A stretch of DNA of 28,247 nt from a virus (lineage: Duplodnaviria; Caudoviricetes), in IMG/VR virus record IMGVR_UViG_3300027693_000016, positions 1 through 28,247 of that record; one strand, 5' to 3'. Of this stretch, positions 15,654 through 24,622 are shown piece by piece (the first letter of the stretch is position 1; every line of letters starts with the position of its first letter). The translations under genes were made by a program, and so were the position numbers. The notes beneath the pieces are model-generated. The model was given only the letters and a program-made list of their open reading frames with translations. It was not told where the DNA came from and did no database searches.

Positions 15654-17411
15654 ATGAACGAAAACGTACAAGTAAGTTTTGATAACGACAGTTTAGCAAA
15701 TAAAATTGCTGACATGTGGGTTAAGTGGGATACTAACCGTGCTGTCTGGAAATCAGATCAGCAAGAGTTGCGTAACTACTTGTTTGCTACTGACACACGT
15801 AAAACTAGTAACAGCAAACTCCCTTGGAAAAACTCTACAGTGACTCCAAAATTAACTCAGATTAGGGATAACTTACATGCCAACTACATGGCTGCGTTGT
15901 TTCCTTCTGAGAATTGGTTTTTTTGGGAAGCAACTGACAAAGATGTAGAACTCACTAAAAAGCGTTATGCCATTACTAATTACATGAAACAGAAGCTAAA
16001 AGCTTCTAACTTTCAACTTCTTGTTTCACAACTAGTGTACGACTACATTGACTTTGGTAATGTAGTGGCTACTTATGACTATGTACGGGATACCATTAGT
16101 GATGCTACAGGTAATGTTGTTAGCCGTTACGTTGGCCCTAAAGCTTATCGCATTAACCCTACAGACATTGTATTTAACCCACTGGCTGAAACCTTTGACA
16201 AAACTCCTGTAGTGCGCCGTATGCTTAAGTCACTTGGTGACTTGATGACTGACATTGAGACTAAGCCAGCACTTAATTACAGCAAGGAAGTATTGGACAA
16301 AGCTTTGCAGTTCCGTCAAAACTATCGTGATGATCCAGAGTTCAAGAAAGAGTTGAACATGGCTATTGATGGCTTTGGTAGTGCTGATGAATATCTAGAA
16401 AGTGACATGGTTGAGTTGCTAGAGTTTTGGGGCGACATTTACGATCCCTTCACGAAGACGCTTTTACGCAACCAGTTAATTACAGTTATCGACCGTAAGT
16501 GGATTTTACGTAAACAACCCAATCCTATGTGGACAGGTAGCAAACCTATGTACCACTGTGGTTGGAGATTGCGTACAGACAACCTATGGGCACAAGGCCC
16601 ACTAGACCAGTTGGTTGGTATGCAATATCGCATTGACCACCTAGAAAACCTAAAAGCAGACGTATTTGACCTTATTGCGTATCCAGTTATGGTTGTTGGC
16701 GGTAACACAGTTGAGGAGTTTGAATACGAACCCGGAGCCACTGTGTTCGTTGGTGATGAGGGTAGCCTAACATTCCTACGCCCTGATGCTACAGCACTAC
16801 AAGCTGACCTTCAGATTAACGAGCTTATGAACCGCATGGAAGAGCTTGCTGGAGCGCCTAAACAGGCTATGGGTATCCGTACCCCCGGAGAGAAGACAAA
16901 GTACGAGGTACAGAGCCTAGAGAACGCTGCTGGACGTATTTTCCAAAGCAAGGTGAGTTGGTTTGAACGAAACATCCTTGAACCTTTGCTAAACGGTATG
17001 TTGGCTGAAGCTGTACGTAACTTTGAAGGTGTTGAACGTATTCGTTCTATTGATGAAGATTATGGTACAGAATCCTTTGTAGAAGTTACAAAAGATGACC
17101 TAATGGCTTCTGGTAAAATCTATCCTTTGGGTGCTCGTCACTATGGTGAACAAGCTAAATTCCTACAAGAATTGTCACAAACTATGGCTGCTGTACAGGC
17201 TATGCCTACAGTTGCTGCACACATTAGTGGTAAGGCTATTGCCAAGGCACTTGAAGAGAATTTAGGTTGGCAGAATTATCGCATTGTACAAGACAATGCT
17301 ATGATTTTTGAACAAGCTGAAACACAACGATTGATGAATCAAGTGGCTGAAGACATTCAGACAGAAGCAACAATTAGCCCCGAAGGGCCAGATGTTGACA
17401 TGCCACAATAA
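15654..17411 (+). CDS. portal (head-tail connector) protein
   Basis: 585 aa directly after TerL, with a GAGGA RBS. Sequence features (DYIDFGN, GIRTPGEKTKYEV) fit podovirus portals. Confidence 0.9.
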   Translation: MNENVQVSFDNDSLANKIADMWVKWDTNRAVWKSDQQELRNYLFATDTRKTSNSKLPWKNSTVTPKLTQIRDNLHANYMAALFPSENWFFWEATDKDVELTKKRYAITNYMKQKLKASNFQLLVSQLVYDYIDFGNVVATYDYVRDTISDATGNVVSRYVGPKAYRINPTDIVFNPLAETFDKTPVVRRMLKSLGDLMTDIETKPALNYSKEVLDKALQFRQNYRDDPEFKKELNMAIDGFGSADEYLESDMVELLEFWGDIYDPFTKTLLRNQLITVIDRKWILRKQPNPMWTGSKPMYHCGWRLRTDNLWAQGPLDQLVGMQYRIDHLENLKADVFDLIAYPVMVVGGNTVEEFEYEPGATVFVGDEGSLTFLRPDATALQADLQINELMNRMEELAGAPKQAMGIRTPGEKTKYEVQSLENAAGRIFQSKVSWFERNILEPLLNGMLAEAVRNFEGVERIRSIDEDYGTESFVEVTKDDLMASGKIYPLGARHYGEQAKFLQELSQTMAAVQAMPTVAAHISGKAIAKALEENLGWQNYRIVQDNAMIFEQAETQRLMNQVAEDIQTEATISPEGPDVDMPQ

Positions 17412-17423
17412 TTGTGGTAGTAT
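17395..17423 (+). promoter_or_regulatory. sigma70-type promoter TTGACA-N17-TAGTAT
   Basis: Consensus -35 at 17395-17400, 17-nt spacer, and -10 TAGTAT at 17418-17423. Confidence 0.65.
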
Positions 17424-17455
17424 ATATACTATATATAGTAATATAAGGAATATAT

Positions 17456-17707
17456 ATGAATAAAGTATTATTAAATAATAAACCTAAAGATAGTAGTAAT
17501 GAAGAGTTTATTAAAGCTTGGAATAATAGTAGTTATACATTAGAAGCTTTATATAAAACACTATTAAATTTAAAAGAAGATATTAGTAATATTAAAAAAG
17601 ATGACTTTGATTGTACTAATCACTATGCTAAACTAGCGTACAACTTAGGACAAATTAAAGCTTATGAGTTTATCATTTCAATGTTACCAGATACAGTTAA
17701 AAGGTGA
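17456..17707 (+). CDS. hypothetical protein (83 aa) between portal and scaffold
   Basis: TAAGGA RBS; the 5' half is very AT-rich. Confidence 0.75.
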   Translation: MNKVLLNNKPKDSSNEEFIKAWNNSSYTLEALYKTLLNLKEDISNIKKDDFDCTNHYAKLAYNLGQIKAYEFIISMLPDTVKR

Positions 17708-17739
17708 CATTTTTCAATTAGCCTACTCTAAGGCTACCA
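17704..17739 (+). promoter_or_regulatory. candidate phage late promoter (copy 2)
   Basis: GTGACATTTTT-caattagcctac-TCTAAG-gc-TACCA, matching 6047-6082. Lies upstream of the scaffold and capsid genes. Confidence 0.6.
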
Positions 17740-17758
17740 ATTTTTAGGAGAACTACGC

Positions 17759-18493
17759 ATGACCAATGCAACAATTTTTAGCAACGAGAACGACAATCCT
17801 CCAGCTAATCAACCACCAGCGACAACTGATGGATCGCTTTTCACTGCATTAGTAGGTGAAACGCAAAAATACAAAACCCCAGATGAGTTAGCTAAAGCTT
17901 ACAATAATGCTGACCAGTTTATCGAAACCTTGAAAGAGGAAAACCGTAAACTACGTGAGCAAGCTACTTCAGCTAGAACTATTGATGAGGTTTTGGAACG
18001 TATGTCGAAACAAAGTGGTGCACCAGAGGAAGACAAACCTCCTGTACAGGGCTTAACCCCTGATGTTGTGCAACAGCTTGTAGAGAAGACGTTAGAGGGC
18101 CGTAAACAGCAAGATACTAAGACTGGCAATTTGCTTAAAGCTGATGCTCTTATGAAAGAGAAGTTTGGTGAAAAAGCAGAACAGATGTTTAAGCAGAAAG
18201 CTTCAACTCCTGATAAAGCCCGTATCCTTATGGAACTAGCTGCAAATGACCCGACTGAGTTTGTATCATTGTTTGGAGGAGGTTCATTCATTCCAACAAA
18301 TAACTTTGATAGCGGCTCAGTAAATACCACTTCCGTAACTTCAAATGGCGGTGATCGTACTAAGGTAGAAGGAACAAAAGAATGGGCTGCTAAAGTCCGT
18401 AAAGATGATCCTAACACTTACTGGTCACAAGAGTTTCAATATAAGTTACAACAAACTGTTTCTAAAAACCCGACCTTATATTTTGGTCAATAA
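17759..18493 (+). CDS. capsid scaffolding protein
   Basis: AGGAG RBS; KYKTPDELAKAY motif followed by a coiled coil; immediately upstream of the major capsid gene. Confidence 0.82.
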   Translation: MTNATIFSNENDNPPANQPPATTDGSLFTALVGETQKYKTPDELAKAYNNADQFIETLKEENRKLREQATSARTIDEVLERMSKQSGAPEEDKPPVQGLTPDVVQQLVEKTLEGRKQQDTKTGNLLKADALMKEKFGEKAEQMFKQKASTPDKARILMELAANDPTEFVSLFGGGSFIPTNNFDSGSVNTTSVTSNGGDRTKVEGTKEWAAKVRKDDPNTYWSQEFQYKLQQTVSKNPTLYFGQ

Positions 18494-18503
18494 GGAGAAT
18501 TAA

Positions 18504-19475
18504 ATGGCTGGTGTTGATTACGCAAAGGTTAATGAAAACCTCGTTCGTGCAGAACTTTGGTCTGCTGAACTAAAAGACGTTCTACAAGAACAACTCATGG
18601 GCACACGCTACGTGCGTATGCTAAATGGTTTCCCTGATGGCAACCAATTCACTATCCCTTCCGTTGGTGAATTACCAATGCGAGAGACTGCTGAACTAAC
18701 CCCCGTTGTGTATGACGCAATGGACACTGGTGAGTTCAACTTCACTATTGATCGTTATGTTGAGAGTGCTACCTATATCACTGATAAGGCTAAGCAAGAC
18801 AGCTACTACGCTCAGCAACTCATTGGTATGTTCCCTACCAAGATGCGCCGTGCTCTAGACGAGAACTTGGAAACTTCTGTTTTCTCTCTAGCTAACACTC
18901 AAACTGCTAACAACGCCAACGCAATTAACGGTGCTTCACATCGTTTCATTGCTTCTGGTGGCACTAACACTGTGCTATCTCTAGATGACTTTGCTAAGGC
19001 TAAGTTTGCACTAGATAAAGCACAAGCTGGTGGTACTCGTGTAGCAATCATTGATCCATCACAAGAGTATGTGTTTAACCAATTGGTTGGTGGACAAGCT
19101 TTCATTAACAACCCACAATTCGGTGGTATTGTTAACGGTGGTTTCGTGAACGAAGTTACTGGTATGCGTTTCGTTAAGAACATTTTCGGCTTTGACGTTT
19201 ATGTTTCTAACTTCCTCGCTACTCCTGCTGACACAGCTATTAACGCTGATGGTCGTGGTAGTGTTAATACACCTGCATCCCCTGTGACTAACATCTTTAT
19301 GTCTGTTGGTGGTGATTTGACTCCGTTCGTTGGTGCTTATCGTCAAATGCCTCGTGTTGAATACGAGCGCAATAAAGACCTACGCCGTGACGAGTATGTG
19401 ATGAACGCACGCTTTGGCCTCAAGCTCTATCGCCCTGAGTGCTTAGTGTCTATCATCTCTAAGTCCACCATCTAA
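18504..19475 (+). CDS. major capsid protein
   Basis: TAAGGAG RBS; 323 aa with ELWS N-terminal and FGLKLYRPE C-terminal motifs; strongly biased codons; followed by a terminator. Confidence 0.9.
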   Translation: MAGVDYAKVNENLVRAELWSAELKDVLQEQLMGTRYVRMLNGFPDGNQFTIPSVGELPMRETAELTPVVYDAMDTGEFNFTIDRYVESATYITDKAKQDSYYAQQLIGMFPTKMRRALDENLETSVFSLANTQTANNANAINGASHRFIASGGTNTVLSLDDFAKAKFALDKAQAGGTRVAIIDPSQEYVFNQLVGGQAFINNPQFGGIVNGGFVNEVTGMRFVKNIFGFDVYVSNFLATPADTAINADGRGSVNTPASPVTNIFMSVGGDLTPFVGAYRQMPRVEYERNKDLRRDEYVMNARFGLKLYRPECLVSIISKSTI

Positions 19476-19482
19476 ACTAACT

Positions 19483-19513
19483 AACACTAGGGGATTTTCT
19501 CCTAGTGTTTTTT
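19483..19513 (+). terminator. rho-independent terminator after the major capsid gene
   Basis: AACACTAGGGGA-TTT-TCTCCTAGTGTT followed by a T run. Confidence 0.85.
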
Positions 19514-19537
19514 AACTCATATATAAAGGAATTTAAA

Positions 19538-19996
19538 ATGACTCGTCAATCTACATGGACTAACGCCGATGGCCTAGTCGTAGGCTTCGGCCCTAACATC
19601 CCTGAACGTAACGTTGCAGGTGTGTATGACACTGCTGGTGCGGTTAAAGAGGCTCATCTAGCTATTACCTACCTATCTTCTGGTGCTGTTATTGATCTAC
19701 CTGCTGGCGCTGTTGTGCTAGATGTGGTAATGAAAGTTGGCACTGCATGGGTTGGTGGTACTGATGTGCAGTTTGGTGATGGCACTGATCCTGATGGCTG
19801 GATTTCAGCTACTCAAGGTGCTGTGGCTAACCTAACTGCTGGTGCTACTATCCGTGCTGCTGGTGCTTATGCAATTGGTGATGCTGCTACTAACCGTGGT
19901 CTAGGTAAAGTGTACGCTGCTGCTGACACACTAGATGTGGCCTTCGCTGGTACATTCACTGCTGGCACTGCAACTATCGTAGTTAGCTACATTTAA
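19538..19996 (+). CDS. virion structural protein, probably capsid decoration
   Basis: Start reassigned to the ATG at 19538 (AAAGGA RBS). Ala/Gly-rich beta protein directly after the capsid gene. Confidence 0.75.
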   Translation: MTRQSTWTNADGLVVGFGPNIPERNVAGVYDTAGAVKEAHLAITYLSSGAVIDLPAGAVVLDVVMKVGTAWVGGTDVQFGDGTDPDGWISATQGAVANLTAGATIRAAGAYAIGDAATNRGLGKVYAAADTLDVAFAGTFTAGTATIVVSYI

Positions 19997-20004
19997 TGTA
20001 ATTT

Positions 20005-20046
20005 AAGGGGGACTCTCTGCCTAGCGGGGATTCTCCCTTTTCTTTT
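20005..20046 (+). terminator. rho-independent terminator
   Basis: AAGGGGGA-C-TCTCTGC-CTA-GCGGGGA-T-TCTCCCTT stem with G-U pairs, followed by TTCTTTT. Confidence 0.75.
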
Positions 20047-20056
20047 GGAGAAATAG

Positions 20057-20638
20057 ATGGCTAATATTCAACACGCAGTGCTCACTGATCCTCAATTACA
20101 CGAGCCTAAAGGTGTATCCACTGCTGCTAGTGGTAAAGTCTATCGTGCTAATGGTAGTGGTAGTGGTGTGTGGGTATTTCCTTCTGGTCATGCATATGGT
20201 GAACTCTACATTGAAGGTGGTGTTACAACACAAACACTTCCCGCAGCAAGTGCTACAGCTAAGTTAAACCCTACAGGTGAGTGGACTGCAAACGGTAATG
20301 CTAACGTTACCTTATCCGCAGCAAACGGCACTATCACAGTGCTAGAAGGTGGCGAATATCAACTTAATTTCTGGGTATCGTTTACTACAGCATCTGCTGC
20401 TGCACAAGCTAAGTATAACTTTCACTATGCTGTAAACGGTGTGCCTTCTACCCGTAAAGTTATTGTAGCTAAGTACACTAACGGTGCAGATACTTTAAAC
20501 TGTTCAGTTACTGGATATGCTAATTTAGCAGATAATGATGTTGTTTCAATTTATGTTGGTGGTGATGGTACAACCTCATCTACAGCAATTACTGTGTTAG
20601 AAGCAGGTTTAAGTTTATCTTTAATTGATCCCGCATAA
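20057..20638 (+). CDS. virion structural protein (fibre-like)
   Basis: GGAG RBS; N-terminal LHEPKG..TAASGKVY.ANGSGSGVW motif and a beta-sandwich-like C-terminus. Confidence 0.75.
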   Translation: MANIQHAVLTDPQLHEPKGVSTAASGKVYRANGSGSGVWVFPSGHAYGELYIEGGVTTQTLPAASATAKLNPTGEWTANGNANVTLSAANGTITVLEGGEYQLNFWVSFTTASAAAQAKYNFHYAVNGVPSTRKVIVAKYTNGADTLNCSVTGYANLADNDVVSIYVGGDGTTSSTAITVLEAGLSLSLIDPA

Positions 20639-20647
20639 GGATAATAT

Positions 20648-21352
20648 ATGGCTAAAATGTCCTTATTAGACATGACGCAGAACATTCTTTCTGCACTGGA
20701 CTCAGACCCTGTAAGTAGCATAGATGAAACAGTAGAAGCTGTACAAGTAGCAGAACTTGTTAAGGAAGCTTACTTTGAATTATTAAGCCAGCGTGACTGG
20801 CCTTTTCTATTTCAGCTACTACCACTACAAGCTGTAGGTGATACTAATAACCCAACTAAGATGAAGATTCCAGATACATGGAATAAGGTTAAGTGGATTA
20901 AATATAATAAAAAAGAAGTGCAATGGGTAGACCCACAAACGTTTAACGACATTATCACTAACCGAGTTGCACAACCCGGAGTTATCAATGCTAACGGATA
21001 TGTCCTTAACCAAGACCCACAATATTGGACTAGTTATGATGACCAGTTCTTAATCTTTGATGGATACGATAGTAGTGTTGACAATACACTACAAGCTAGC
21101 AAGAGTAGTGCATATGGTACTCAGCAAGCTAGCTGGACACACATGGATAATTTTGTACCAGCCATTCCAGAGAAGTTCTTTCCTACATTGTTAGCTGAAG
21201 CAAAGAGTCAAGCATTCGTAAACTTAAAGCAACAAAGCAACGCTAGAGAAGAACGTAAAGCAACTAGAGGACGTATGGCAATGCGTAATGAAAGTTGGAA
21301 AAATGAGAATGGTGAAATTAAATACAACACAAGGGTAAATTATGGTCGATAA
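20648..21352 (+). CDS. tail tubular protein A (adaptor, T7 gp11-like)
   Basis: MSLLDMTQNILSALDSDPVSSI...RDWPFL N-terminus; size and position fit. Confidence 0.8.
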   Translation: MAKMSLLDMTQNILSALDSDPVSSIDETVEAVQVAELVKEAYFELLSQRDWPFLFQLLPLQAVGDTNNPTKMKIPDTWNKVKWIKYNKKEVQWVDPQTFNDIITNRVAQPGVINANGYVLNQDPQYWTSYDDQFLIFDGYDSSVDNTLQASKSSAYGTQQASWTHMDNFVPAIPEKFFPTLLAEAKSQAFVNLKQQSNAREERKATRGRMAMRNESWKNENGEIKYNTRVNYGR

Positions 21353-21605
21353 AACTGCGTATGACAAAGTGATGGAAAAACATCAAGAAAAGAAACTAGC
21401 AGCTAAAGAACGAAAAGAAGAAATGGTTGAGTCTGGTATTGTTAATAAGCTAGCCATTGATCGTACTCCTATGGGTTTATATCAAGCTAGGTATACAATG
21501 CGCGGTCAAGTACCAGACGAACTTAAAGGTTTGTTTACCCGTAAAGAACGCATTTTAGCAATTGCAAAACTACGTAATATCGAAGTAGAGCAACTTACAG
21601 TTTAA
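21342..21605 (+). CDS. hypothetical protein (87 aa)
   Basis: Lies between the tail tube genes; GQVPDELKGLFT motif. Confidence 0.7.
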   Translation: MVDKTAYDKVMEKHQEKKLAAKERKEEMVESGIVNKLAIDRTPMGLYQARYTMRGQVPDELKGLFTRKERILAIAKLRNIEVEQLTV

Positions 21606-21614
21606 GGAAATAAG

Positions 21615-23906
21615 ATGGCAGCACAAGCCTCAGTTCAGGATGCGTTTACGTTTGTAGGTGGTCTAGTCACTGAAGGCGGCTATTTTATTACGCCTGAAAA
21701 TAGTTACAAAGAAGGTGTAAACGTAATCCCACAAGTTGACGGTGTTATTGAACGCCGTAATGGATTAGATTATGAAGAGGGGTACAATCTATACCCTGCT
21801 GCTATTAGTAGTAGTAGTAAAGATTTATGGGCCTTTACAACAGGTACGTGGTCTACTGTAGCTGGTAGTGGCAATCGGGATTTTATTGTAGCTCAGACAG
21901 GGCCGTATTTAAACTTTTATAATGCTGCTTCAGGCAGCGTCAGTGCATCACGCAATACAGTATTTAGTATTGACTTAACTAGCTACAAAGTTCCCGGTAA
22001 TCCCAACACAGTTGGTACAGGAGTTTGTAGCTTTGCGCCTACTTATGGTAAACTCATTATTACCAGTGCAGATACCCTACCATTACTAGTAAGCTACAAA
22101 CCTGTTGATGGTAATGAAAACGTGTGGGGTACGTTTACAGTTAAACCTTTAAACTTAGAAATTAGAGACTTTAAAGGTATTCCTTTAATTGGTACACTAG
22201 ATTTAGGCCCGACACTAGGCACTGCTACTTTTTCAATTCCTATTGATACAGAATATACGGCTGCTCAATGGGAATCTTTTAACGTAGACATTGCTGATGT
22301 TAAATACAACTTATACAACCAAGGTTGGACAGACTCAAAAATTGATGCTTACAGGGTTGCTAACGGTGGTAGTCCCGGCGATCCAGTACTCGGTAAATAC
22401 CCTTCTAACACTAAGAGTTGGATTTACGGTAAAGATAGCAACGATGACTTTGACAGTAATGTACTAAACAAACAAGACTTTGGTAACTCCCCTGCCCCTA
22501 AAGGGCATTTTATTATTGATCCCTTTTATCCTGACGATGACGATAAAAGAATTGTATATCGCCCTAAAGTGTGTGCATTCTTTGCAGGGAGGACATGGTA
22601 TGCGGGTATGCCTACATCTGACCTACTAGGTACAGTATTCTTTAGTCAAGTATTAGACTCCATTGATAAAGCAGGTAATTGTTACCAAACCAATGACCCT
22701 ACATCTGAAGTCATTAGTGACTTAGAAGATGATGATGGGGGCACTATTGAAATTCCTGAAGCCGGTGAAATTGTATCGTTACAACCATTAGGCCGAGGCA
22801 TTATGGTGTTTGCAACTAACGGTGTATGGTTTATTTCAGGAATTGACCAAGGGTTTAAGGCATCTAACTACGCAGTTGATCGTGTGTCTGCTGTAGGTTG
22901 TGTTAGTGGTAAGAGTGTTGTACCTGTAGAAGACACTGTGCTCTATTGGAGCACCAGCGGTATTTACGTTGTTAGTGCAACTAACTCCGTAGAGTATACA
23001 GCCACCAACATTAGTGAAAAAAACATTAAGACCTTTTATCAAGACATTCCAATTTTGGGTAAACTATATGCTGAAGGATCGTATAATGCTACAGATAAAA
23101 CTATTTATTGGTTATATTCAAACTCAATTAATACATCTACTAGTAGTGGTCGATTCAATAAAGACACTGTTCTTGCCTTTGATGCCCGTTTAAATAGTTG
23201 GTATTGGTTTTCTATTGACACCACTACTGGTGTTATTCCTGTATCCATTGAAGTTACAAAGGAAACAACAACCATTAGTAACGAATATAATGTTATTGCT
23301 GGTGTAGATAGTGTGCTAGCCAGCACTGATACAGTTGTTGCTAACGTAGCTAACATATCTGGTACACGTAAGTCTTACAAAATACTAGCTTTACATCCAG
23401 TTACTAGTAACAACTATTCTGTAACCTTTGCTGACTTTGACAACACACGAGACAGTAGCACTAAGTTTAAAGACTGGTATTCGTTTAATAACGTAGGTAG
23501 TGAGCAACAAGCATACTTTATTACAGGGTATAACATGGGTGGTAATGGCCCTGCTAGGGCTATGTCTGGTCAATACCTTACTGTGTTTATGAAACGCACT
23601 GAAACATCTTTTGACAGCAATACTAACCCACTAAATCAAAGTAGCTGTAAAATGCAAAGTCGTTGGGACTTTACTGACAACACTTATCCCGGTAAGTGGG
23701 CTGCTGAAGTAGAAGTATATAGGCAACTACGACCATACTTTACTGATCCCGGCAGCACATTTGATGATGGCTACCCATTAGTTATCTCTAAGAATAAACT
23801 ACGTGGACGAGGTAATGCAGTGCAGTTTAAGTTTACCTCACAAGCTGGTAAATACATGAAGATTGTAGGATGGACAGGAACATTTGTAGGAAACACCAAT
23901 GTTTAA
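21615..23906 (+). CDS. tail tubular protein B (nozzle, T7 gp12/P22 gp10-like)
   Basis: TFVGGLVTE N-terminus, IERRNG, AFFAGRTWYAG and KLRGRG...FKF C-terminus; 763-aa beta-rich protein. Confidence 0.82.
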   Translation: MAAQASVQDAFTFVGGLVTEGGYFITPENSYKEGVNVIPQVDGVIERRNGLDYEEGYNLYPAAISSSSKDLWAFTTGTWSTVAGSGNRDFIVAQTGPYLNFYNAASGSVSASRNTVFSIDLTSYKVPGNPNTVGTGVCSFAPTYGKLIITSADTLPLLVSYKPVDGNENVWGTFTVKPLNLEIRDFKGIPLIGTLDLGPTLGTATFSIPIDTEYTAAQWESFNVDIADVKYNLYNQGWTDSKIDAYRVANGGSPGDPVLGKYPSNTKSWIYGKDSNDDFDSNVLNKQDFGNSPAPKGHFIIDPFYPDDDDKRIVYRPKVCAFFAGRTWYAGMPTSDLLGTVFFSQVLDSIDKAGNCYQTNDPTSEVISDLEDDDGGTIEIPEAGEIVSLQPLGRGIMVFATNGVWFISGIDQGFKASNYAVDRVSAVGCVSGKSVVPVEDTVLYWSTSGIYVVSATNSVEYTATNISEKNIKTFYQDIPILGKLYAEGSYNATDKTIYWLYSNSINTSTSSGRFNKDTVLAFDARLNSWYWFSIDTTTGVIPVSIEVTKETTTISNEYNVIAGVDSVLASTDTVVANVANISGTRKSYKILALHPVTSNNYSVTFADFDNTRDSSTKFKDWYSFNNVGSEQQAYFITGYNMGGNGPARAMSGQYLTVFMKRTETSFDSNTNPLNQSSCKMQSRWDFTDNTYPGKWAAEVEVYRQLRPYFTDPGSTFDDGYPLVISKNKLRGRGNAVQFKFTSQAGKYMKIVGWTGTFVGNTNV

Positions 23907-24180
23907 AATTGTTGATAACAGTGCTTGCACACTTTACTTAGGTTTTACAGACGGCATTGCTTATGTACATGGTGAGTTACGTACATTTAATAGGTCTTCT
24001 TATAAAGATACATCTGACAAATGGGCTTCTACACTAGAGGCTTTGCGAGAAGAGGGTTACGATAAAGTGTTTACACAAATTAAAAAAGAATATGACAATG
24101 TAAAAACATTTCAAAGGCGACTTGGTTTTAAAGAATATATTGAAACTGATACCGATTTAATCATGGTAAAGGAACTATAA
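23899..24180 (+). CDS. small GNAT-like protein (T7 gp13-like position)
   Basis: C-terminal NVKTFQRRLGF resembles the GNAT N..A..F...LGF motif; located between the nozzle and the internal proteins. Confidence 0.55.
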   Translation: MFKIVDNSACTLYLGFTDGIAYVHGELRTFNRSSYKDTSDKWASTLEALREEGYDKVFTQIKKEYDNVKTFQRRLGFKEYIETDTDLIMVKEL

Positions 24181-24614
24181 TGTGTGATCCAGTTACAGCA
24201 ACACTATTGTTTGTTGGTGCAGCTTCAGGCGCATCGGCACTCGAACAGCGTAAGGCAGGTAAAGCTTCTGAACAACAATATCGTGCAGAACAACGTAAAG
24301 CTGAAATTCAAAACGTGCGTAGTGTTCGACAACAAATTCGTGAAGCACGTATGGCTCAGGCTTCTATGACTAACATAGCTGCACAAACAGGTGGTATGGG
24401 TGGTAGTGGATTAGCTGGAGGTACATCTAGTGTAGGTGCGCAGCTAGCTGGTAACTTAAGCTATATGTCTGACATTGCAGAACAAAATACAGCCATTACT
24501 AATGCCGCTATAGCAGGTGTTCGTGCCTCTACTAATGCAACTATATTTGGTACGATTGGTAGTGTAGCTAGTACATACGGTAGTATTAAGACACCTACTA
24601 AACCTATTGAATAA
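24180..24614 (+). CDS. internal virion (ejection) protein, T7 gp14-like
   Basis: MCDPVTA N-terminus, a hydrophobic Ala/Gly segment and a Gln/Ala-rich helical body. Confidence 0.78.
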   Translation: MCDPVTATLLFVGAASGASALEQRKAGKASEQQYRAEQRKAEIQNVRSVRQQIREARMAQASMTNIAAQTGGMGGSGLAGGTSSVGAQLAGNLSYMSDIAEQNTAITNAAIAGVRASTNATIFGTIGSVASTYGSIKTPTKPIE

Positions 24615-24622
24615 GGTTCATA

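Noticed and set aside
19435-19470. TCTAAGTCCACCA as a third copy of the late promoter motif
   Set aside because: It lacks the upstream GTGACATTTTT element and lies just before a terminator.
19440-19540. T7-style frameshift extension of the major capsid protein
   Set aside because: No evident slippery site; a terminator and a separately initiated gene follow.
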